From NCBI RefSeq assembly GCF_001194135.2, contig NC_068993.1, forward strand, positions 3,014,315 through 3,078,314: a stretch of 64,000 nt of DNA. Reading direction: 5' to 3'. The notes under the pieces are model-generated. The model was given only the letters and a program-made list of their open reading frames with translations. It did not search any database and was not told the DNA's origin. Shown piece by piece: positions 51,531 through 64,000 of this stretch; positions within the stretch are counted from its first letter, which is position 1; every line of letters starts with the position of its first letter. The DNA is from Octopus bimaculoides. Taxonomy: Eukaryota. The translations under genes and the position numbers were made by a program.

Positions 51531-52969
51531 TCTAGTGTCAACAGAATCATTACCAAAATCCCACTTGATGTTCCAAAAAACTTCGGTGGCAGAGTGATGC
51601 AACTTGTATTCATACAAGAAAATCACTTGGTATTGTTCAGTTGTCAACCTTGTCATAAGAGCTGTGGGTAGCAATTTTGAATAATAGTATTGTCTAGAAA
51701 AAAAATAAGAGTTAAGAGTAAACACAAGTAGATACATAGGAACTCAAAGTCAACCTTAGTGGAATTTGAACTCAGAACATAAAGACAGATGAAATACTGC
51801 TAAGCATTTTACCTGGTGTGCTAAGGTTTCTGCCCGCTCGCTGCTTTCAGAAAACAAATATTGATACAGCTAAGCCTAGCAGCCCCTCTTCATTCCATTC
51901 CCCACCTAGAAAACACTGTCATTTCTACCTCATAAAAAAATAGCAATCATTATTATTTGTTTTGTTTAAAATCCACCTTATGAACACAAAGTAATTGTCA
52001 ATATCGTATTATGTTTTAATTCCCTATATATCACACATAAAAGTTTTTATCCCTAATAATTCTCTCGTAAAATTAAGCACCAAATCATACCATTCCAATA
52101 ATTAGACAAAATATCGCTAATATATTGCTGATATTAAAATATTATTACAGCCAGAACCGAACTTGACATCCATTTAAAGGAAACACTATCCACATGTGAA
52201 CATAATTCTTTAGAATCTGTTAAAAAACCATTATGTATGGCTATCACTTTATTATTCAAACATACCCACATATTTTATTTCCAGTGAAATGGTTGCGCTC
52301 CTATTTTCATGATTTGACTGCTATTGTAACCCTAAAAAACAAGAAGACACCTGTAGATGAAATCCTCAGCACTTATACACTTGGGAAAATAAAAAAATGT
52401 AGTGTGATGCCCAGCTGAATTTTAACAATATTCATTACATACATAGATATACATAAATACATACTTACACATATATACATATATGTTGAAAAAAACACGT
52501 ACTATATATAAGCATAAACAAACAGAAGAAACAAAAAACATACACAGAATGCTGCCAAAACCCTCGTGCGATATCGTCCGAAGGATAGCAGCCATTTCAT
52601 ACAGTGATGAGAAGCAACTGGAAAGAACAGGGGACCAAACATGACAGAGGGTGAACATACAAACATGAAAAAAAATATGTGGTATACAAAATACAAATCA
52701 AATAATATTTAAGATGAGACGAGTAATGAACAGACAAGGGACAAAGAGGAAAACAAACATGATGGAATGTAGACACACAAACAAAATGAAATGAAATAAA
52801 CAGAATAAGGCTAAACACATATATAGGATTATAATTATATTTTGTATCACCATAAAACTCACAGAACTGTTCCTCTACAATATTATAAACCTTGGGTAAT
52901 ATTTAAACACAGATAAATAGCATGAAGGCTGACTAAATTGGCCCGCAACCATCGATATCCAATTACATA

Positions 52970-53545
52970 TAATAATAATAATGATAGAAATAATGAAATT
53001 ATTGTATATAGTGCTCAGGTGCATTACAACTCATCAAAGGTATGTGTACAGTACATAGAATTATGTGCAAAAGTCAGGAAAGTGAACAGTGTGAAAGTCA
53101 CGATATACATGTGTGCATGTGTATGGAGCGGGGGGATATCAGGTGTAGTGTTGGCGAATTTCAAAAGCATGGAGGTTTTAAGGGATGCAATGTCTCAGCA
53201 GCTAACAACTGATGCAGGTAGTTTGTTCCATGCTTCAGCAACTCTGAGTGTGAAAAAATGTTTCCGAAAGTCATGGGAGCTTTGCTATTTTATGATTTTG
53301 TAGGCATGCCCACATGTGTTAGACACATGGAGCTCAAAAAGGTGCTCAAGGTGGTTGTTGGTGTGATGGTTAATAATTTTGTGGGTGTTCACCAAGTCAG
53401 TTGCCAGACGTCGGAGCTTCAGTGTATTTATGTCCAGGAAAATAAGGCGTTCAGAGTACGGTAGATGCCTGATGGAGGGTATTTGCTTGGTAGCACATCT
53501 CTGAATAGTTTCGAGGAGGTCAATGTCCAGACCACATATAGCCTT
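52970..53545 (-). mobile_element. 5'-truncated CR1-clade LINE 3' end with an (ATT)n-like tail
   Basis: DIDLLETIQRCATKQIPSIRHLPYSERL...LKLRRLATDL...HKII...CGHAYKI...RKHFFTLRVAEAWNKLPASVV, with two stops, matches the CR1 C-terminal signature. Confidence 0.88.
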
Positions 53546-54395
53546 AAATAGACAGCTGGAGAAAGATCACTGTACGTTCAGTTTGGAATCATTGCAGTAA
53601 CACTTCATGTGTTACCCTTTCATCTTTTAGTTGCATGAAGAATTCTACATGGCAACACATTGCATATAGTGATGCAATGGAATATCACCTTTGAACAAAT
53701 AAATATACTCCACTGCATCTAATGAGTTCGTTTTTCCTCATTTGTTTACAATAAGTTATATCTATGCATATGTATTGGAGAGTCGCATACAAACATATGC
53801 ATGCATGTATATGTGTAGATATATATATATAGGTGTGTACATGTGTGTATGGATGTGCATGGTAGTGTATTTTTATGTAAACTTTATAGGAATATTTTAG
53901 AAACTTATATTTTGTTGGCTAATAATGTGATTTCTGCCTCAAGCGATGCACACAATCATCCATATATACATACTCTCATTCATGTGTGTGTGTGTGTATA
54001 TATATATAAATATATAAGTACATATATTCATAAAATTATATATGCATATTTATATGTGTATATACTCGTGTATATTATATATATATATCATATATATATA
54101 TATGCATACATATATTCATAAATATATATTTTCATACGGTTGTTTTCACCAAAATGCATAAATATATGCAAACAGATAGATAGATAGATAGATACATGGA
54201 TGGATGGATAGATGTAATCTTCCTCATATTTCCTGTTTCTTGTGAAAACTCACATAAATCATTAATAAGTATATAATTTTCATTTCATTAATTATTTATC
54301 GGCTTTGAAAGAAGAAAGTGTCAGAAGTTAGATAAGTGGTACATCTAAATCTTCTTATTTATCTCTCCACATATATGCACACATACATATACGTG

Positions 54396-54465
<70 letters not shown>

Positions 54466-54596
54466 TACATATATAAATATATATATACATACAGATATAT
54501 ATGCATATGAATATTTATATGTATGTATGTGCACATATCATTATGTATTTATACACACACTCATACACAAGCATATATACTCATATATATATGTGT

Positions 54597-54647
<51 letters not shown>

Positions 54648-56099
54648 CAGGCACACACACAAATACATTTATATGTTGGGGTGTATATATATTCATATAT
54701 GCATATTGATTCCGATACACACTCATGCATTTTTAGTTATATAGACACACAATGACACATATACACTCATAGTATATATATGTGCCCACAAACCTGTGTG
54801 TGTGTGTACATGTGTGTGCACTAGATGCACATGGGCACTTATTAGAGTTTCATCCCTTTGATGCAAATACTAATTAATTCACTTGCATTTAATAAGTTTC
54901 TAAACTTTTTCTGAGCGTTTTTTGAAGTTTCAACTTCGCATTTTAGTGTCAAAAATTAAATTCACGCCTCCAACAAAATGAATTTCAATAAACAAAAATA
55001 ATTGGGTTCAAGAAATACGTTTTCAAAACAAAATTAATTCAAACTCCAAATTTTAAACATTTTGATACCTTGTTGTTGTTATTATTTTTATTATAAGTAA
55101 TAGTAGTAGTAGATGAAGAATATGGTGTCTAGCAAAATCAGAAGTGTAATGTTTCAAAGTGCCTTGTAGTTATGAGTGGTGTTCATTTCTGGTTTAGCTT
55201 ATAGACCCTTTAGCATTAGACTAATTATCCAGTTCGTTTAAATTGATTGCTCACTCCTCTTCAAGCATGGTAAGGCTAAGTTTTTTTTTTCTTTTCATTA
55301 TTATTCTCTTTACTGTTGTGCAAATACATGGATTGGCTGTGTGGTTAAGGAGTTTGCTTCCAAACCACATGGTTTTAGGTTCAACCCCACTGCATGGAAC
55401 CCTAGACAAATGTTCTCGATGGAGACTGACACAGCCTGTTTTATGTGTGTAGGACTACCTTTGTCTTGTCACTGAATGACAGTTGTAAATGAGTTTCATT
55501 GTTATACAAGCAGTGTCAATCATTTCTAGTCTTCTATGAAAACATGTCTGGTCAAAGGGAAATATTACCTCTGCTTAGAAACAGGTGAGGGTTGCAGACA
55601 GGAAAGGCTTGGAAAATCTGCCTCCTTAAACTCGGACTAATGTTAGTATCGCAAAGTGGACAGTGAAATGATGGTGATTAAGATAAATTCATTGGAGCAT
55701 TCGACAAAATCTCTTCTATGGCCTAGATTCAAACTGACTCTCTCTTCCTTCTAAGTTTGATCAAATAAGCATCAACCAGTAAAAGAAGTCAGTGAGGAAG
55801 GGGCAGTAAATACAGAGCTGTCTTAAAAATATCATAGGCCCTTCACGAAGCTATGCAGTGAGGGTCACTACATACACAACCAAAGCATATATAAATTCTC
55901 ATTGTGCACCAATACCTGTGGGTCTAATCAACCTGTGAGGCTCCAGAGCCTGTGGCGCCGGCAGACAGCTGCTCTGTGGGTTTCATGTCTTAAGGTGGTG
56001 CAGTATCATAAAACTGACTGCTTCAGTCTCAATTTTCTGACCTCACACCTATGTCAGAAATGATGATTCTTAATATTATCAGAAATGGAGTTACCAAAG

Positions 56100-56410
56100 G
56101 CAGTGAGTGGCCAGAATTGTTAGCATGTTTAGTGGCATTTCGTCTGTCTTTATGTTCTGAGTTCAAATTCTGCCGCGGTTGACTTTGCCTTTCATCCTTC
56201 CGGGGTCGATAAAATAAATACCCAGTACACAGTGGAGTGGTTAGCATTAGGAAGGGCATCCAGCGTTGTAGAAACTGTACCAGAACAGGCAATGGAACCT
56301 GGTTTGACTCCTGGCCTTGCCAGCACCTGCCAAACAGCTCAACTAATGTTGGCATGAAGAACAGACATTAAATGATGACGATGATGATGGTGGTGATGAT
56401 GATGATGACA
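56100..56410 (+). mobile_element. Composite SINE: tRNA-derived head/body of the second family joined to the RTE-type tail
   Basis: GAGTTCAAATTCTGCCGCGGTTGACTTTGCCTTTCATCCTTCCGGGGTCGATAAAATAAATACCCAGTACAC runs directly into AGTGGTTAGCATTAGGAAGGGCATCCAGC...GACATTAAAT(GAT)n. Confidence 0.7.
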
Positions 56411-56796
56411 TATATATATATATATATATGAATATGAATAAGATAGATAGATAGATAGATATGTACATACATGCATGCATACACTCATGCATACACATAT
56501 ATAAATAAACATACACTTATATGTATGCATGTCTGTTTTGAGACACAGTATGAAAAGAACATGTATGTATAATGAATATACATTTCAATTGAACAGATAT
56601 AATGTTTTCCAAGTGACTACTTTCCTCGTCAGTCTGTTTCAGTGCACGCTTGATTACTCAGTAAGATATACACATATATATTTACACACTGTAATTGTTT
56701 GTTACACTATTTGCTAACACTCAGATATGGTTTGTCATAATTGTTACATAGTGATAAGATGCGTCGATGTACTTTCTTATACAGCAGTGTGTGAAG

Positions 56797-56837
<41 letters not shown>

Positions 56838-57053
56838 CATGAAGTCATTTCAATATATTCAATCGTACAATTGCTTTAGCAGCATGATAACAGTTAATAG
56901 TCTTTGATATTTCTAGATAAATGGATTTCATCTTAATATACACACAAACACACACACACACATGTGTGTATTTGCAGGTGCATATGCATGTATGGGTGTG
57001 TTTGTATACATACATGTATCACACACCTATATATATATTGCTCTATAACAGTA

Positions 57054-57141
<88 letters not shown>

Positions 57142-57879
57142 GAGAGAGAGAAAGAAAACGAGTCCCATATACACACATATCCATACACACATGTACACAC
57201 GCAGGCGCATGCACATGCACACACACACACACACGCACACACACACACACAAACACATACAATATATCACATTATACTTGATTGTACAAATGTTTGCATT
57301 GTTTGTCAAGATATTAAAAATCATTAAAAAGTGGGAAAAAAAAATGCTTATCTCTGCTGTAAACTGCAAACGAAACATTAATAAGCACATTTCATCTTGT
57401 TCTTTTCTCATTTGCACAATATTATTTGCAATTTCTATACGATTCCACAATGCTTTTACAAGAGTTCGCCATGTATGTAAAATATCAAAGCAAACCACAC
57501 TATTATTATTTGCTTCCATATGGCTTACCAAAACTATTTTCCCATTATGCAAATTGTAAATATTTATCGCATTTTCTCAAAAGCCCTGACTAAGATTGTA
57601 ATAATGATTTTCGAAAACTATTTGGTATCAGTAAAATGTTGCATAAAACTTGTAAATTTAACTATTGATAAGAATTTTTATAGTAGACAAGCCTTGCTTA
57701 TTCTTCATTCATTCTGTAAATGGCAATTACAACATTATCAAGTAAAGAATCCTAGCAATGAATTCCATGATTTAAAGTGGTTCTCCGATTTGTAAAATGT
57801 GTTGTTTATTGTGTCAAGTTGAAGATGTGAATAAAAGTTATGGATATAGTAGAACTAATAATAATAATAATAATAATAA

Positions 57880-58172
57880 ATTGAGAAAGAAAACAAACTA
57901 TGCTGGATCATAGATATAGCATGCCCAGCTGACAACAAGGTATGCGATAAGGAAGAAAGAAAAGTCGATAGATATGACAGGTTAGCTTGGGAGGTTAAGC
58001 AGTTGTTGTCAATGAAAAAGGTGGTAGTAGTACCAGTAATAGTTGCAGCCCTGGGAACAGTGAGTAAAAATCTTGAGAAGTACATGGAACAAATGGGGGC
58101 TGCAATAAGGGTGGAGCACTTTGCAGAAAACAGCACTGCTTGGAACCACTCAAATACCCTGGAAGGTGCTTG
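57880..58172 (+). mobile_element. R4/Dong-type non-LTR fragment: restriction-like endonuclease C-terminus, directly after (TAA)8
   Basis: IEKENKLCWIIDIACPAD...KEERKVDRYDRLAWEVKQL...VVPVIVAALG...(frameshift)LQKTALLGTTQIPWKVL. (TAA)8 occupies 57856-57879. Confidence 0.85.
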
Positions 58173-58420
58173 ATGACGGATGCGATGTATGTGTTTGCCA
58201 CCTCCGCCCAACCTTTCAGGGAGAGCTTCCTCTTTGCCTATTGCTGAGCAAGATTCACCACCCTACTCATAATCTCATTCCAGTTCTTCCTCGTTTGGAG
58301 GTCCGGACCAAACCAGACCTCAAGCAACTCGACCAGACCATCGGTCCAATGTCCCATGATGGAGGTGCTGTTGGATGGCATGGGCTTGCTTCTCCAGGTT
58401 CCGAGTCTCAAGTCCACTGA
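58173..58420 (-). mobile_element. L1/Tx1-clade RT-thumb fragment
   Basis: VELLEVWFGPDLQTRKNWNEIMSRV...*AKRKLSLKGWAEVANTYIASVI (cf. LGVWFG....NW.......W..R.LSL.GR..V.N..I.S). Confidence 0.75.
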
Positions 58421-59599
58421 TAGACAGACAGACAGACAGACAGATAGATACATACATACATACATACATACATACACACATATTTATATATATAAATTCA
58501 TATGTGTATGAGTATGCTTGAATGAGTGCCTACAAATGTCATGAGCTGTGAATGTTATTCCTGTTATTGTTTCATCTGTCAAAAACTCGTGCACTCGATT
58601 CACATCTGAAAGATGTGTAGAATAAGAAATGTTTTAGTTGAGAAACAGTTGAAGGTTAATGACAGGCAGGGCATCAGGCTGTAAAAAATACCTCAACAAT
58701 ATTTGCATACAACCCATGGTGATATGGAAAAATGGATCTACAAATAAATGTTGTTTATGGTTATTTATTTATTTAATTTATATTTTTATTTATTTAATTT
58801 TCTTCGTTTTTAGTGGTGGTGGAAGCTGCCGGGATTAACAGTTTTAGAAACTCACATTATATTTTCAGACTTGAAACTACCTCCTGCTATCATATTGTAA
58901 TTTATTCACTCTACACTGCTGATAGCTACATTAAAATTCTAAATCGTTAGTTAAAATTCCAAAGTAATTAAAGAATAGCAATAAATTTTCTCTGTTAGAG
59001 TAAAATTGTGGATAGAAAGAGAAAGCAGGATCTTAAATGGCAATGAATTATTATATCATTGGGTCATTTCTTTAAAATTCCTAACAAATTATTCTTTATC
59101 TTCCCATTACCAACTTCTGACAAAATCCAAACATTTAGTTTTGAATCTCTTTAAAAAAATTGCTACGTTTCCATTTTGCTTAAACAGGATTTATTCAATG
59201 AAATATTGTGGACGTTTTAAAAATAAATATAAACCTAAGTGGTATATTATTGTCATTTAATCAACAATTAATATATGCAGATTTTTCTTTCATTTTCGTT
59301 TTTTTTCAAAGACTGTAATAGATCTTAGCATAATTTCCTATAAAGCAAAATGTTGTCATTTGGTTGAAGTGGTTCTAATTTTGTATACAATTCATTCTTT
59401 AAAATATTCTAACTGAAAAAGTCATTATTTTTGTACCAAAGTGAAGTTGAATGAAGGTTAAAGGAGGCTGTTTGGAAACAGCTATTAGAATTTATAATGA
59501 GGAATATGAAATGCATAAATTTCTTGTGACATTTGTTTATAATCAGTACAAGCTGCACAAGAAAGAGACTAAAATACACAAACACAAACGATCGTCCAT

Positions 59600-59633
<34 letters not shown>

Positions 59634-59634
59634 T

Positions 59635-59840
59635 CTTTCGATCTTTTCACTTGTTACAGTTATTAGACTGAGGCCATGCTGGGGCTCTGCCTTGAAGAAT
59701 TTCTTTTGGCAAATGGATTGACCCAGTACTTACTTTGTTTTTAATCCTGGCACTTATTCTGTCAGTCTCTTTTGCTGAACTGCTAGGTTATAGGGATGTA
59801 AACACACCAACACCAGTTAACAAGCAGTGGTGGGGACCAA
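59635..59840 (-). mobile_element. OR-like SINE 3' half; an oppositely oriented tail lies at ~59935-59995
   Basis: CTTGTTACAGTTATTAGACTGAGGCCATGCTGGGGC...GGATGTAAACACACCAACACCAGTT. Confidence 0.7.
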
Positions 59841-61204
59841 CACTGAGACAAAGATGCACAAGCACAGACAAACAGAATTAGTACTCAATTTAAAAAACAG
59901 ATAGCTGCTGGAGTCACTTTGTATGATCAGACTCTTTCAAGGCACTGCCCCAACATGACCACAGTCTAATAACTGAAACAAATAAAAAATAAAAGATGAA
60001 AGATATTAGTGCTGGACTTGAACCCTCTTCTTCCCGATACTGCTTGAAGTAACTGAGACCAAATGCACTGAGCTGCAAAGCAAGATGCTTCACCACACAG
60101 TTGTACCCTATTGTAAAATTTAATCTAAATACTTGCAGTGGGGAATCGAAACCAAATCTCTGGATATGCATCAGATATCATTGCACAAGCCACAACAGTT
60201 TCATGTGATTGGTCTGTTAAGTAACCAATCAACATCAAGCCATTGCATGATTCAGTTTTCTAGAATCTCCTCTTTAGAAACTTGCTTTTGGCACCAAGTT
60301 TTTGCAGAGTGTTGAGACCGGCCAACTTAATCACACATCTCACCTCTTGCCAGGCAGTGTGTTGAAGGTGATTGAGCAAAATCCATCTCGACTCCTGCCA
60401 AGGACATTTCTGCAGACATCTCCAGGTTCTTGGACGTACCACAATAAACAATTACACAATAATTCATAAGTAACTTCTCTTGACAGGGTGCGGGTTTTGC
60501 ATCTCTCCCCAATGTGCAATTATTGCTGTTAATATTTGCAAAGGACCAACACTATTTTAAAAATTTCTATGCACAATAATAAAATCGTCTATTAAATGTT
60601 CATGGGGGTAATTAATTACTTCCTCATACAACCTGAGAAATACATTTTCATTCATTAACTCAACAGCTGCACATGTAGCATTTGACAAAATGTCCAACAC
60701 ACTCATGACACACTTCAAGAACATTTAGAAGGTAGAACACTCCCAGAAGGTATTTTCCCGCATCGATATTGTTGATAAGTCATTCTCACATTGCAGCATA
60801 AATGGCAAGGTTGGCTGTATTAACATTTATTTCAGAAAGCTGACCGCGTATCAATATGATTAACTTTTATAAAGCCCTCTATGATATTATTATAGCTAAT
60901 GTACATGTTTATGCATGCGTGAGAATGTTTATTGCTGCTCAAAGTTTGAAGATAAATCAATATATAATATCAACATTGATTTATCTGGTGAGGAATGTCT
61001 TTCCAAATAACAGCTTAGAACAATCCAAGATAGGGATGAGATTTGGAAGCACCGTATTGTTATTAGTGCTAATGGAGAAATCATAGGTTCACATCTTTAG
61101 AAATTTGAAGTAGATATTATATGCGTAGTGTTTTCAATACTTCTCCGTAATTGCATGTATGTGTATGTGTGTATATATATATATATATATCTATATATTC
61201 GTTT

Positions 61205-61412
61205 ATGTGTTTTGATTGTGGTCATGCTGGAGCACTGCCTTTAGTTGAGCAAATTGACCCTAAGACTTATTCTCTGTAAGCCTACTACTTACTCTATCAG
61301 TCTTTTTTGCTGAATCACAAAGTTACGGGGATGTAAACACACTAGCATCGGTTGTCGAGCAATGTTGGGTGGGGGGGGGTATAGACAAACACAGACTCAC
61401 AAACATACACAT

Positions 61413-61465
<53 letters not shown>

Positions 61466-61625
61466 AGACAGGCTTCTTTCAGTTTCCGTCTACCAAATCC
61501 ACTCACAAGGCTTTGGTCAGCCCGAGGCTATAGTAGAAGATACTTGCCCAAGGTGCCACATGGTGGGACTGAACCTGGAACCACATGGTTGGGAAGCAAG
61601 CTCCTTACCACACAGCCACTCCTGC
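61205..61625 (-). mobile_element. Near full-length OR-like SINE
   Basis: Reverse complement of the 19322-19710 family from GTGGTCATGCTGGAGCACTGCC to CTTACCACACAGCCACTCC. Confidence 0.85.
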
Positions 61626-61814
61626 ACCTATATATATATGTGTGAGTGTGTGTGTATGTATGTATGTATGTGTATGTATGCATACATGCATGCACACATG
61701 CAGACACATGCACACACGGATACATAGCTCAGTTGGTTAGTGTGTCATGTGGATAACGCAAATGATGTGATTTTATGAGCCACACTAGCCAGAGGCTTTG
61801 TTTATTTTAGGCAA

Positions 61815-61976
61815 AGTCTCTGTGGCTCTGTGGTTAAGAAGCTGGTTTTGCAACCACTGTGGGTTTGGGTTCAGTCACATGACAAATTGATTCTTGCAAG
61901 CATCTTCTGCTATGGTTATAGGCAGATCAATACAATGTGAGTGAATTTGATAACCGGAAGCAGTGTAGAAGCACAT

Positions 61977-62009
<33 letters not shown>

Positions 62010-62200
62010 ATCTTTCACCATTAATACTTGAAAACTAGTTTTGGTTTTTTTCACATCCCTGTAACTTAACAGTTTGGTAAATGAGACTGATAGAATAATA
62101 AGTACCAGCTTTATAAAAGGAAAATAAACTTTGGGGATGATTTGTTTAACTAAAACATCTGAAGGCAGTGCCCCAGCATGGTCGCACCCCAATAACTTAA
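61815..62200 (+). mobile_element. Older OR-like SINE copy, head-to-head with 61205-61625
   Basis: GGCTCTGTGGTTAAGAAGCTGG...GGGTTTGGGTTCAGTC...CCCTGTAACTTAAC...GGCAGTGCCCCAGCATGGTCGCA. Confidence 0.75.
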
Positions 62201-64000
62201 ACACGTTACACTGCCTTTACTTGTTCCAAATGTTTTGGACTATAAAAGGTTGATACACAACGCACAATACTTGGAATACTTCCGAGATCCATTTTGAAAT
62301 AAACAAATTGCTATAACCACATTGAATGACAACCATAAATGATTTCCATTTTTGTCAGTTGCTAATTAATTAACTTGCCATTCTAGTTTTCTTTTTAAAT
62401 ATATTAAACTCATCAATACAAATATTTGAGCATCGTTATCATTTTGCTCATAAATGGACTCTGTTGAAGGAATCTGATTATTGTTGATATATTATTAACC
62501 CTCTTCATTAAATCAAATCAGAATGGTAAACAGAACCATTTAGAAACATTTTATTGTTACTACTTTGACCTTATCCTGTTTAATAAACATTAAAAATGAA
62601 ATAGCAAATTTTAATTAATATAGTGATATTTTCAATGTTAGGTTACCAAAACAAATTTACTTTATGTTATGGTTAGAAGATCTGAAGTGAATATTTAAGT
62701 TCTGAATCTTGAATGCTTATATTGGTGAATTCTTGTAATGTTGTAGCTTTTAATTCTTAAGTTTAGTTTGAAATGAAACCAAGAACTTGGGGCAAAATAT
62801 GCAGCTGCTCACATCTACCAGAAGGTAATTTTTGGTTCAAGAAATTGCCAAAATGTTGATGGTGTCCATATATGAGAGAGTTGATTGGTAAAAGAGATTG
62901 TAGGTATTGGATAAATTGGTGGTGGTGGTGGTGATAGGTTCGCAATTACAAGACATTCTTAAATACAAATCATTCCACTTTGAATTGCTGGTTGATGGTT
63001 GAAGCATGTTACACATTGCTAGATCTTTGAGAAATAGGAAGATTTTTTAAGGATGGAATGAATGAATGTGAGCAAAAGAATGGGAACATAATTCGCCTTA
63101 TCTATGAAGTGGTCACCTGGAGCTAACCTTGTAAATGTGTCAAGTATATTGACTTGCAGGTGAATATCAGACTTCAAAGAAAATAAGAAATACTGGAACA
63201 GATTTTGGTTACCTGCCATTGGTCCTTAACATATACATTTGGAGCCATAAAGATAATTACTATTCCATACAATAGCTGGGTTTTCTTTAGGCAAAGATGA
63301 AGTGCATCAAGATATATTTTAGTACCTTTGCTAATGAGACAAATGCAGAGCAGATTTTCCTGATATGCAAACCCCTCAAAACCAGTGCAAATGACTTACA
63401 GCATTTCTCAGTTTAGAAAATTCTACATGAGAATTAAGTCTTAATTTGCAAGACTTAGATTTCATCTGCTAATCAAAATTGCTTCTTTGATACAAAGTCT
63501 TTTAAAATTCGGTTCATGAATTCATACAAATACTTTATAAACAAAGATATTGTGAATTTCGGTTTTTATCATTGTTTGAGGATCTTGATATGTTCACACA
63601 CACTCAAATTCCTTTATCTTGAAATTAACTGGCATTGAAAATTTAAGACTTATTCTGTTCATAAATAAGACATTCCAGGAGAGGAAAAGCGTTCAATTAA
63701 TTATGTTGCTATTCATTTGTCATAAACATATTTTAATAGTTTTGTTTTTCATTTTACTTACCAAATTTTTTTTAAAAGTCAAATCAAATTTTTATACAAG
63801 AAACATTTTAGAAAATTACTATTTTTAAATCTCACAACGAGAGATATTCAGCAACAGTACTTTATATATAAGGAGACAGACTGTGTCATATAGCCAGCTG
63901 CAGAGGATGTCTCCTGGGGATAAATTACAGCAACATTCGCCCTAAACCAGGATTGCCATGTTATGTTGGCAAGCAATCTTTACTCCAAGAAATATTTTAT

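Noticed and set aside
60130-60540. GC-richer island with several partially open frames
   Set aside because: Could be an exon or a TE remnant, but no motif was recognised in any of six frames.

Overview
AT-rich eukaryotic genomic DNA from a gapped short-read-style assembly, most likely a coleoid cephalopod (Octopus). That assignment is an inference from the extreme (TA)n/(CA)n/(CAT)n microsatellite density and from SINE families that resemble octopus repeats as I remember them. No complete protein-coding gene can be supported. Almost all ORF-track entries are microsatellite or gap artefacts. The window is a transposon graveyard. Manual translation shows decayed fragments of a Helitron Rep region (29.0-31.7 kb), a Penelope-like RT/GIY-YIG element (25.7-26.4 kb), a hAT transposase (24.1-24.7 kb), RTE LINE pieces (22.6, 27.7-28.5, 51.1-51.3 kb), a CR1 3' end (53.0-53.5 kb), and an R4/Dong-type endonuclease fragment abutting an L1/Tx1 fragment (57.9-58.4 kb). 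Many tRNA-derived SINEs are also present. A CpG-rich promoter-like segment with a possible first-exon donor lies at 38.0-38.3 kb. The most interesting observations are (i) a tRNA-headed SINE whose tail carries a complete minimal hammerhead-ribozyme core (43547-43593, minus strand) and is partly paired by an adjacent inverted copy, and (ii) recurrent short-spacer foldback inversions of SINE ends. TE boundaries are approximate, and no database search could be run.
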